Shown here: piece after piece, positions 1 through 8,647 of the stretch
Layout: every line of letters starts with the position of its first letter
Numbering within the stretch: position 1 is the stretch's first letter
Origin: Candidatus Geocrenenecus huangii
Lineage (GTDB): Archaea; Thermoproteota; Nitrososphaeria_A; Caldarchaeales; Wolframiiraptoraceae
DNA length: 18,622 nucleotides
Direction: 5' to 3'
Assembly (NCBI GenBank): GCA_023254095.1
Contig: JALNLM010000005.1
Span: 37,661-56,282 of the forward strand
The notes under the pieces: model-generated
What the model was told of the DNA's origin: nothing
Seen by the model: the letters and a program-made list of their open reading frames with translations, nothing else
Databases searched by the model: none
Position numbers and translations under genes: made by a program

Positions 1-879
1 GAGGATTAGTATTCTGCTAGAATTCGTATTCCATAAAAAACTGCGACTCCAGCTATCTGGATTCTTAAGTTTCTCAAAGTTATGTTACTACACTGAAAGA
101 GTATGAGTTGCCCAGCATCCTCAATTACTTTGTCTGTCGCTCCTTCCAGATAGATTAATTGTTTTCCATTAAGAGTGTTATTCTTAATCTTATTACCTGG
201 GTCTGTTACATATAATCCTCTATATTCTAAAATGTTATCTAAGACTTTATTATCTGTCGAGTCTACTATGAATAACCCGCCCTCTTTTATCTTATTATGT
301 TCAACGATATTTTCAGCTGAGTATCTATAAAAGTAAATCCCTATACAATTATGAGATATAGTATTATTTATTAGATTGTTTAGAGTTGATGAAAAGAGTT
401 GAATTGGAAAGTATTCATTGTCGGGGACAATATTGTTTAATATGTGGTTATTAGTCGAGTTGTATAAGTATGTCCCCTCTCTATCATCTTTTATGACGTT
501 ATCTGCGATGACCACTTCATGTGTAGAGTGGAGGTATATGCCCATCCTATTCTCTTTAATCACATTTTTACTATTCTCGACCTATTTGCTCTATGCAGCT
601 TTAAACCAACCCCTCTGCCTATTATTCCCCTTTTAGAACTCTCTCCCATAATAGTAAATCTTGTAATGATGACTCGTTCAGCTTTAACAATTATAGTGAA
701 ATCCTGACCTCCGCCATCTATAATCACTTTATCTGAGTCTTCACCTACCAGCCATAATGTTTTGTCAATTATGATGTTCTCCTTGTATATTCCATTTTTC
801 ACGTGTATGACGTCGTTTGTATTTGCTGATTCAATAGCTTCTTGAATGGTTGATAATAACGAGGAATTATAATTACATG
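1..879 (-). pseudogene. NosD/CASH right-handed parallel beta-helix repeat protein, disrupted by three apparent single-base deletions; runs off the left edge
   Basis: Fragments join into a typical archaeal beta-helix protein: HVIIIPRYY / STIQEAIESANTNDVIHVKNGIYKENIIIDKTLWLVGEDSDKVIIDGGG (ORF 560..802 extended upstream), then GIYL..S..N.I.NN.I repeats and NGKQLIYLE...DAGQLIL (ORF 6..563). Adding one base at ~852, in the T5 run 565-569 and in the A6 run 35-40 restores one frame. Confidence 0.8.
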
Positions 880-1126
880 ATTTATTTAGTCTCTTCTAAA
901 CTATGTAAGCTACCCATACCTACAGTAACATCTGCTTTGATTAAAGTTACCTAAGAATATTTAAATCAAATGTATCTTTTACCAAATCATCTATCCCTTC
1001 AATTTTTCGAGAATCGTTCTCTACCAACTAACTTCAAATATTTTTGAAATGAATTCATAAAATCTTTAGGCAACTCGACTCATATTATTATACGCTAGAT
1101 CGATTTGGCTCAATTTAGTAATAAAT

Positions 1127-1134
1127 TTTTTATA
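1127..1134 (+). promoter_or_regulatory. Putative TATA box for ORF 1164..1409
   Basis: TTTTTATA preceded by A-rich AATAAAT, 29 nt before the ATG at 1164. Confidence 0.4.
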
Positions 1135-1163
1135 CCGTCTCCATATATCTTTAGTAGGTATAA

Positions 1164-1409
1164 ATGAGTATCTTAGTGTTAATGACCATACTTTCCCAGA
1201 TGGGTATCTGGTTGGCTAAACCAGAAATACAAGAATTATACTATGACTTATTAACGTATTTCGGGTTAGTCGGTGCTAGAGATGAGTGTCAAGCTCTAGA
1301 AAGTTCATGGAAAGATCCATACAATAGACATTTAATAGAAGAATTCATAAAAGCATGGCTTAGCAAGAAGAAGAGGAAAAGAGCTGAATATACGGAAGCT
1401 TATCTATAA
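1164..1409 (+). CDS. Small hypothetical protein (81 aa), helical-looking, with basic C-terminal patch
   Basis: Non-overlapping ORF with ATG, upstream TATA-like box, protein-like composition and KKKRKR near the C-terminus; family not recognised. Confidence 0.7.
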   Translation: MSILVLMTILSQMGIWLAKPEIQELYYDLLTYFGLVGARDECQALESSWKDPYNRHLIEEFIKAWLSKKKRKRAEYTEAYL

Positions 1410-1462
1410 TTGAGAACTCACTAGGTAAACGCTTATCGGTTACTTAAGTTGTAATTAAGCTT

Positions 1463-2041
1463 GTGAAGATCCTCCCAAGATCATTCTACGAAAGGGACCC
1501 AGCACTTGTCGCTAAAGATCTACTTGGAAACATGTTGGTGAGAAGACTTAGAAAACATTTGCTAATTGGTAGGATAGTTGAGACCGAAGCATACTATGGG
1601 GAAAACGATCCTGCATCGAGAGCATATACAGGGAGGAAAATATTTAATGAATTAATGTTTCTGGAAGTTGGGAAGACATTCATCTACATGGTTCACGGTA
1701 ACTGGCTCTTAAACATAGTTTCACATTCTTCAGGAGGTGTAGGAGCAGTCTTGATAAGAGCATTAGAGCCAATACAGGGAATAGAGATAATGATGAAGAA
1801 TAGAAAGGTGGAGAACATATGTTCCTTGACAAGTGGACCTGGAAGACTTACTAAAGCTTTTGCTATAACAAATAAACTGAGTGGGGTTGACGTTACGGAC
1901 AGTAATAGTGAGCTTTTAATCGTTCAAGGGGTTAGAGAAAATTTTGAAATAGAATCCTCTCATAGAATAGGTGTTAGGAGAGACTTACAGGAAAAACTAA
2001 GATTCTACATAAAAGGCAACAGATTCATCTCTAAACTTTAA
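1463..2041 (+). CDS. mpg: DNA-3-methyladenine glycosylase (AAG/MPG family)
   Basis: LPRSFYERD..VAKDLLG, GRIVETEAY (catalytic Glu), GAVLIRALEP, LTSGPGRLTKA, RIGV motifs. Confidence 0.95.
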   Translation: MKILPRSFYERDPALVAKDLLGNMLVRRLRKHLLIGRIVETEAYYGENDPASRAYTGRKIFNELMFLEVGKTFIYMVHGNWLLNIVSHSSGGVGAVLIRALEPIQGIEIMMKNRKVENICSLTSGPGRLTKAFAITNKLSGVDVTDSNSELLIVQGVRENFEIESSHRIGVRRDLQEKLRFYIKGNRFISKL

Positions 2042-2269
2042 TTTTTAAACAATCCTCCACAAAGTCTGAGAGACGATGAAGGGCTGTATCTATGCTTCTC
2101 CCTTATCTCATAAAGATGGTTGAAAAAGAAGACTCAAGGTAACTGTAGAGGATATTCATACACGATGCGTAATTGCTCTTATTATATGTTCTCTAATATC
2201 CTCTTCACGTTATCTACAAAAGCGTATTTATGAAGTGATGCAGATAACTATAAGTGATGGGAATAGAAG

Positions 2270-3865
2270 ATGATTGGTAAGAACAAAGCTGGAAGGCAGA
2301 AGATCACTTATGTTTCCCTAATTGCTGATGAAGAAATTCACCCAGCCTATGAAAAAGCTTTAGAAAAAGTTGAGAAAACTTATCTTAAAAGGCATTATCC
2401 AATACATGTCGGAGACGAAGAATTATTTTCTGAGGATGGAGAGTTTGAGAAGAGAAGCCCCATAGATACCTCCATAGTTGTTGGATATTTTCAAAGAGGA
2501 AACTCGAAGCATATGCGTCAAGCTATCGAGATAGCTAAGGAAAAGTTCGTAGAATGGTCTGCCGTAGACTGGCGGGAAAGAGTGAGGATAATCAGGAGGG
2601 TTGCAGAGATAGTTGATGAGAGAAAGTTTGAGATAGCTGCGATTATAACTTACGAGTCAGGGAAAAATAGGCTTGAAGCATTGGCTGAATGCTGGGAGGC
2701 GATTGACGCCTTAAGATACTATGCAAAGATAATGGAGGAGAATAATGGTTATGATAAGGAGATGGGGCCAGGTGGGCCTGGCGAGATCTGCAGAATAGTG
2801 GCAAGACCCTACGGTGTATGGATTGTTATTTCACCCTTCAACTTCCCATTCATGCTGGCAAACGGAATGATACTTGGAGCCTTGATAACAGGAAACACTG
2901 TAGTCTTTAAACCGGCCAGCGAGGCGCCTCTATCAGGCCTCATGCTATATAGAGTATTTAGAGACGCTGAAGTTCCTGCGGGAGCAATAAACTATATCAC
3001 AGGATCCGGTGATGCCTTTGAGGATGAAATAACCATGAACCCCAATGTTGATGGCATAGCTTTCACAGGCTCGAGAGATGTTGGGATGAGGCTTTACAGG
3101 AAGTTTACCAGCTCACAGCTTTATCCTAAGCCGATAGTGCTTGAGATGGGGAGCAAGAACCCGACTATTGTGACTGATAAAGCAGACATAAAGAAGGCGG
3201 TGATGGGCGTTATCAGAGCAGCCTTCGGGTACTGTGGACAGAAATGTTCAGCGACGTCGAGAATCTATGTCCAGAAAGGGGTCAAGGATAGATTTATCCA
3301 GGAACTCGTCAAAGAGACGAGCATGTTGAAGATAGGAGACCCACGTAAGAGGGAGATCTTCATGGGTCCAGTCATAAATAAAAAAGCTGTAGAGAACTTT
3401 AAACGATATGTGGAGATAGCTAGGAAAGATGGTGGCAGAATACTCTTCGGGGGCGAGGTGTTGAGTGGAAGCGAGTACGATAAAGGCTTCTATGTTCAGC
3501 CAACCATAATAGATGATCTTCCACGCGTCCACACACTCTTCAAAGAGGAGCTTTTCCTGCCAATACTCGTCGTCTCCGAATTTGAGAAACTTGAGGATGC
3601 GCTTAGAGAAGCGAACAACACTGAGTATGGACTTACCGCTGGAATATTCTCTGAAGATGAAAAAGAGGTTGAATACTTCTTCAACAATATACAATTCGGC
3701 GTAGTCTACGCTAACAGGAGAGGCGGCTCAACCACAGGGGCTTGGCCTGGAGCCCAGACATTTGTAGGCTGGAAAGCAAGCGGCGCTACTGGGAAGGGTG
3801 TAGGTGGCCCTCACTACCTGTTAACCTTCTTGAGAGAACAGGCTAGAACCAAAGTAGTCGAATGA
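2270..3865 (+). CDS. Aldehyde dehydrogenase, 1-pyrroline-5-carboxylate (glutamate-gamma-semialdehyde) dehydrogenase-like, RocA/PruA type
   Basis: ISPFNFP, GNTVVFKPAS, FTGS, LEMGSKN (catalytic Glu), AFGYCGQKCSATSR (catalytic Cys; GQKCSA is typical of P5CDH), YGLTAG, N.R..TGA..G.Q.F.GWK.SG...K..GP.YL. Confidence 0.88.
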   Translation: MIGKNKAGRQKITYVSLIADEEIHPAYEKALEKVEKTYLKRHYPIHVGDEELFSEDGEFEKRSPIDTSIVVGYFQRGNSKHMRQAIEIAKEKFVEWSAVDWRERVRIIRRVAEIVDERKFEIAAIITYESGKNRLEALAECWEAIDALRYYAKIMEENNGYDKEMGPGGPGEICRIVARPYGVWIVISPFNFPFMLANGMILGALITGNTVVFKPASEAPLSGLMLYRVFRDAEVPAGAINYITGSGDAFEDEITMNPNVDGIAFTGSRDVGMRLYRKFTSSQLYPKPIVLEMGSKNPTIVTDKADIKKAVMGVIRAAFGYCGQKCSATSRIYVQKGVKDRFIQELVKETSMLKIGDPRKREIFMGPVINKKAVENFKRYVEIARKDGGRILFGGEVLSGSEYDKGFYVQPTIIDDLPRVHTLFKEELFLPILVVSEFEKLEDALREANNTEYGLTAGIFSEDEKEVEYFFNNIQFGVVYANRRGGSTTGAWPGAQTFVGWKASGATGKGVGGPHYLLTFLREQARTKVVE

Positions 3866-4049
3866 CTATAGGTAAGAATCGACTAAAGCTCTTAACAATC
3901 AGTCTCATGTTTTAGAAAATAGATATGGAGATTATGTTGACTAGCTAACTAGCAGAGGGCCTGAGACTACTTGGTAGCTATGCTAGAAGCTTCGCATGAT
4001 TTTGGAAGCCTTAACCTCGAGCTACTTATTTTCCATGAGCATGCTGCTA

Positions 4050-5477
4050 TTATTTCCTCATAGTCAATATTCCACCCTCAGCCATACGGCGAACATCAAA
4101 TACTTTATCTACATCTTCCTCACTCACAATGCCTATCTCCACTGCAATGTCTTTGATTGGCCGCTTCTCCTTTAGTACTCTTTTAGCAATCTCAGCCGCC
4201 ATGTCATGCCCTATCATAGGCGCTAAGACTGTTATGATAGATAAGCTGCTCTCAGCGTAAAGCCTGCATCTTTCTTCGTTTGCAGCTATTCCCGGAATCA
4301 CCTTGTCCGCCAGAGAGTCCGCAGTTCTCGATAGAAGGTCTATAGAGTTCAGTAGACAATAGGCTATGAGTGGAAGACCCATATTGAGTTCAAGCTCTCC
4401 GATGCGCGAGGCCTCGAATATTGCCGCATCATAGCCTACAACCATACAAGCGGCAAGCATAGATGCTTCCACTATCACCGGGTTCACCTTGCCGGGCATT
4501 ATTGATGAGCCGGGCTGAACTGCAGGGATCTCTATCTCTCCGAAACCTGTTACAGGTCCAGATGAAAGTAGTCTCAGATCGTTACAGATTTTAAGTATGC
4601 TGCCTGCAACGCATCTTAATGCCCCGCTTAATTCAACGCAGGCATCCTGGGAGCCTATCGCCTCAAACCTACTCCTCGATATAGTAAACGGTATTCTGAG
4701 TGTATCGGAGAGAAATTTGACAACCTTCACTGCAAATTCTGGATGAGCGTTCAATCCCGTCCCAACGGCGGTTCCGCCTATCGGTAGTTCTAGGATTGCT
4801 TCTGAAGCTTTCCTAATCCTGTCAATCCCTTTCCTCATCATCTCTGCATAGCCATTGAACTCCTGCCCTAGAGTCATAGGAACAGCATCTCTGAGGTGGG
4901 TCCTCCCACTTTTTACGACGTCCCTGAACTCCTGCGCTTTCTTATCAAGGTTACTAGCCAGCAGGTCCAGCTTTTTCAGAAGAGAGTCATAAATCATCGA
5001 AGCCGCTGCAACTCTGATAGCTGTGGGTATAACATCATTCGTAGACTGACACATATTTACATGGTCGTTAGGATGAACCAGCATCTTATCCCCTCTCTTT
5101 CCGCCGAGCAGCTCTGAAGCTCTGCTGGCAATTACCTCGTTCGCATTCATGTTTGTAGAAGTCCCAGAACCAGTCTGGAAGACGTCTACAACAAACTGGT
5201 CATCGTAAAGTCCATCAGCAACTTCGAGGGCTGCGGTATAGATGGCTTCTCCTAGGTGGCGTGGAAGAAGACCCAGCTCCATGTTTGCCTTTGCCGCACC
5301 AGCCTTTATTAGACCCAGAGCTCTAATGAACGCGCGGGGGAAACGAAGTTCGGAGAACTTGAAGTTCTCAACTGCCCTGGAGGTCTGAGCACCGTAATAA
5401 GCATTTATGGGGACATACACCTCACCCATTGCATCCTTCTCAATCCTATATTTCGGGTTGGAAATCCCTCTCTCCAC
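4050..5477 (-). CDS. fumC: Class II fumarate hydratase (fumarase/aspartase superfamily)
   Basis: YYGAQTSRA, QTGSGTSTNMNANEVIA (fumarase-type rather than aspartase GGAGTS), HPNDHVN..QSTND, KSGRTHL.DA.P, GGTAVGTGLN, signature GSSIMPGKVNP. Confidence 0.9.
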   Translation of the reverse strand: MERGISNPKYRIEKDAMGEVYVPINAYYGAQTSRAVENFKFSELRFPRAFIRALGLIKAGAAKANMELGLLPRHLGEAIYTAALEVADGLYDDQFVVDVFQTGSGTSTNMNANEVIASRASELLGGKRGDKMLVHPNDHVNMCQSTNDVIPTAIRVAAASMIYDSLLKKLDLLASNLDKKAQEFRDVVKSGRTHLRDAVPMTLGQEFNGYAEMMRKGIDRIRKASEAILELPIGGTAVGTGLNAHPEFAVKVVKFLSDTLRIPFTISRSRFEAIGSQDACVELSGALRCVAGSILKICNDLRLLSSGPVTGFGEIEIPAVQPGSSIMPGKVNPVIVEASMLAACMVVGYDAAIFEASRIGELELNMGLPLIAYCLLNSIDLLSRTADSLADKVIPGIAANEERCRLYAESSLSIITVLAPMIGHDMAAEIAKRVLKEKRPIKDIAVEIGIVSEEDVDKVFDVRRMAEGGILTMRK

Positions 5478-5500
5478 ACTCGATATATTGTTGCTACGCT

Positions 5501-5508
5501 CTTAAAAA
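5501..5508 (-). promoter_or_regulatory. TATA box of fumC (probably leaderless mRNA)
   Basis: TTTTTAAG on minus strand, 23 nt before the GTG at 5477. Confidence 0.55.
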
Positions 5509-5768
5509 GTGTCCATATCTACACACCAGAACTATGTTATTTGTGTTTGGAAGGAAAGTAGTGGTGATCGAGATGTTCCGTGAATTAGGGTTGAACACTT
5601 AAAGGAATATCAAGACGTGTATAAGATAGAGGGGTGGTGTTAAGGAACATACTCTAGCCATGCATAACGTATAACAGTATTCACATGGCGATGTATAGTC
5701 GATAATTGATAATGAATGAAGTTTCTTCTCAGCCTATATTGTCGAGCAGAGTAACATGAGGATAACTA

Positions 5769-6716
5769 TTAAATACGATCTTGGGATTTAATCATCTCAA
5801 CGTATTTTATTGCCTCCAACGCTGCCATGCATCCAAATCCTGCGGAAGATATGGCCTGCCTATAGAGCTTATCCATGACCTCGCCAGCGGCGAAAACACC
5901 GTCAACACCAGTTTTAACGAAATTCCTTGTCATTATGTAACCTTCTTCATCAAGTTGAAGCCAGCCTCTAAATATCTCCGTCTCAGGCTTATAGCCTATT
6001 GCTATGAAGACGGCGTCGCAGTCAATTCTCCAGCGCTCGTTGCTTACTAGGTTTCTAACAATTACACCTTCAACTTTTTCCTGACCGATTATATCCTCAA
6101 CTACGCTATTCAACAAAATCTTGATTCTCGGCTCAGAAAATAGTCTGTCCTGCAGGATCTTTGATGCTCTAAATCTATCCCTCCTATGTATTAGAGTAAC
6201 TTCCTGAGCTATATTAGCGCAGAACAAGGCATATTCTACAGCGCTATCCCCACCTCCGACAACCACAAGGTTTTTAGCTCCCCTAAAAAGTGGGGCATCA
6301 CAGGGAGCACAACTCGACACGCCTCTTCCTACTAATCTTTGCTCCGATTGCAGTCCAAGCCACTTAGGGGATGCGCCAGTCGCAATTATAACCGATAACC
6401 CTCTAAATACCTCCCCCTCAACGGAGATCATGAACGGTCTTGAGGAAAAATCCACATGAGTTGCATTTTCATGAATTATCTCTGCACCAAATTTCTCAGC
6501 CTGCTTCATCATGTTAAACATCAGATCAGGCCCCATGATACCTTCAGGAAATCCTGGAAAATTCTCAACAAGCGTAGTTTTCATGAGTTGCCCGCCCGAA
6601 GCGGCTCCAGCTATTACCAACGTCTTTAGCCCAGCTCTAGCAGTATATATTGCAGCAGTGCATCCAGCCGGTCCTGAACCGAGAATTATCACATCATATG
6701 TTTTGTATGCATTCAT
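5769..6716 (-). CDS. trxB: Thioredoxin-disulfide reductase (NADPH); start probably ATG 6716 rather than 6728
   Basis: ILGSGPAG.TAAIY, GGQL, VEN(F)PGFPEGI.GP.L, IIATGA, redox-active CAPC, GGGDSA.E.A, HRRDRFRA, RQAISSAG.G..AA. Confidence 0.95.
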   Translation of the reverse strand: MNAYKTYDVIILGSGPAGCTAAIYTARAGLKTLVIAGAASGGQLMKTTLVENFPGFPEGIMGPDLMFNMMKQAEKFGAEIIHENATHVDFSSRPFMISVEGEVFRGLSVIIATGASPKWLGLQSEQRLVGRGVSSCAPCDAPLFRGAKNLVVVGGGDSAVEYALFCANIAQEVTLIHRRDRFRASKILQDRLFSEPRIKILLNSVVEDIIGQEKVEGVIVRNLVSNERWRIDCDAVFIAIGYKPETEIFRGWLQLDEEGYIMTRNFVKTGVDGVFAAGEVMDKLYRQAISSAGFGCMAALEAIKYVEMIKSQDRI

Positions 6717-6739
6717 CAACCATTTCAAAGTTGTACATT

Positions 6740-6747
6740 TATTTAAA
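6740..6747 (-). promoter_or_regulatory. BRE/TATA of trxB
   Basis: CGAAAC-TTTAAATA on minus strand, 23 nt before ATG 6716. Confidence 0.6.
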
Positions 6748-6845
6748 GTTTCGAAAACATATGGAGGCCCATCCGAGATTTTTGAATAGAATCTCCACTA
6801 GATATTATTCACCCTTATTGACTCACGGCTTTAGTGGTTTAAGTC

Positions 6846-8285
6846 TTAGTAATGAATTTTTATGTGCTTCGGTTCTAGGTACTGCATCAATCCAATTCTG
6901 CCAAGCTCGTGTCCAACCCAACTTTCTTTCCAAGCGGGATACGGAGCCTCAACCGAAGTGACATCAACATTGTTAACCCCTATGCTTCCGAATTCAAGTT
7001 TGCGGGCAACTTCTCTAGCGGTCTTAAGATTCATAGTGTAAACATATGCGACAAGCCCATACTCTGTTTGATTAGCTCATTCTATGGCTTGTTCAATTGA
7101 TTCAAATGCCATTACGCCGACAACGGGTCCAAAAGTCTCTTCACTCATCACCTTTATCTCATAGGTGGTGTTAGATAGTATTGTTGGCTCATACCAGTAA
7201 TCTCTGCGGAATAACTGGCCATCGGGTCTTTTGCCTCCGTAGAGCAATTTCGCCCCCTTGTTAACTGCGTCATTGACGTGCTCTATTACTTTACTTAATA
7301 CTTCACTATTAGCCATGGGACCTAAATCTGTATTAGGGTCGAATGGATCATCGATCCTAAGCTTCTTGGTTTCTTTAACGAATTTCTCCAAGAAATCATT
7401 ATATATGCTCTTCTCTACGTAAATCCTATTCACGGAATTGCATATCTGACCCATATTCCTAAATGACCTTCTAACAGCTCCTTTAACTGCAAGATCTAAA
7501 TCCGCATCCCTGAAGACGAGCATTGGAGTCTGATTTCCAAGCTCTAACGTAAGTCTCTTTAAACCTTGAGCTGCCAGACTCATAATTCTCTTGCCTACCT
7601 CAGTTGACCCCGTGAAGGCCACCTTTCGTACTAGTGGGTGAGCTACTAGGGTCTCGCCCACATTTCTCGCCGAGCCAGTAACTATATTCACTATGCCTTT
7701 CGGTGCTCCTGCATCAGCCAGGCTTTCAATGAACTTTATAGGTGAAATAGGCGTATACGATGGGGGCTTCGCAACAATGGTACATCCAGCGGCTAGCGCT
7801 GCCCCAACCTTCCAAGATAAAAGTTGGACGGGGTAGTTCCAGGGAGTTATTGAGGCGACAACTCCAACAGGCTGCCAGATGACTATGCTATCATAACCCT
7901 TGTCAGGTAGAGGAATAACCTGTCCATAGACTCTGAAAATTTCTTCTGAGAAGTATTTGAGAGCGTTAGCAGCGTTAATTACCTCGTTGACTGCCTGCTT
8001 GAATGGTTTTCCCTGCTCTAATGTGAGATGCTTCGCTATTTCTTCAGCACGTTTCTCAACTATGTCAGCTGCTCTGCGAAAAAGACTTCTACGCTCATCC
8101 AGCGATGTCTCAGACCACTCCTTGAATGCCTTATGAGCGGCTTGGACTGCTTGATCAACATCCTCTGCTCCTGCAGACGGGACCTCGGCGAAAACTTCTT
8201 CCGTCGCTGGATTTTTAACACCAAGGTACTCCTTACTACTTGCCTCAACCCACTCTCCGCCAATATACATGAGATATCTTTCCAC
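6846..8285 (-). pseudogene. NAD(P)-dependent aldehyde dehydrogenase (SSADH/GabD-like), interrupted by one in-frame TGA at 7077-7079
   Basis: ORFs 7077..8300 and 6846..7034 share a frame: ...SIEQAIE*ANQTEYGLVAYVYTMNLKTA.... Motifs ITPWNYP, FTGSTEVG, LELG, FRNMGQIC, EETFGPV. From GTG 8285 the read-through product is 479 aa, a normal ALDH length. Confidence 0.88.
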
Positions 8286-8290
8286 CTGAT

Positions 8291-8298
8291 TCACCTCC
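8291..8298 (-). promoter_or_regulatory. Shine-Dalgarno site for the ALDH gene
   Basis: GGAGGTGA on minus strand, 5 nt before GTG at 8285. Confidence 0.7.
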
Positions 8299-8616
8299 AA
8301 GACTTACCAGTATTCTCACCGCCTGCAAAGCTCCTTGAGATTCTCTTGCTTACTTTCAACCTGTTAAGAAGCATTATCGGCATATGTTAACCCAGTCTTA
8401 AGATCGGAACCCCCTCTGATAAATATTCCTCAAGTGAAAAGAAATTGGTGGGATAGCTGCAATAAGTTATGGAAGCTTTAACATATCTCTACGATGCTAA
8501 TATATTTCTGTGAAGCTCTAACCAAACAAGAGAGTATCGTTAGAGAAAACATGTAATCTGGCCGGAAATATACGGGATTATCCCTTATGTTTACTCTTGA
8601 AGTATTGATGATTATG

Positions 8617-8624
8617 TTTAAATG
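8617..8624 (+). promoter_or_regulatory. TATA box of the LLM oxidoreductase gene
   Basis: TTTAAATG, 23 nt before ATG 8648. Confidence 0.55.
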
Positions 8625-8647
8625 TATGCATGGTTTTATATTGCTCG

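Noticed and set aside
418-707. + strand ORFs 418..636 and 519..707
   Set aside because: Antisense to the beta-helix gene; no recognisable motifs
3248-3704. ORFs 3248..3694 (-), 3496..3687 (-), 3513..3704 (+)
   Set aside because: Shadow or alternative frames inside the well-supported P5CDH-like gene
4896-6961. + strand ORFs 4896..5117, 5781..6050, 6511..6789, 6650..6961
   Set aside because: Antisense to fumC, trxB or the ALDH C-terminus; no family features
6846-7034. 62-aa ORF as an independent gene
   Set aside because: It is the in-frame C-terminus of the ALDH beyond the TGA at 7077-7079
7077-7079. Selenocysteine or genetic-code reassignment of TGA
   Set aside because: Not a Cys position, and TGA terminates several intact genes in this window
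6909-8390. ORFs 6909..7100 (+), 8028..8390 (+), 8060..8263 (-)
   Set aside because: Overlap the ALDH in other frames; not protein-like
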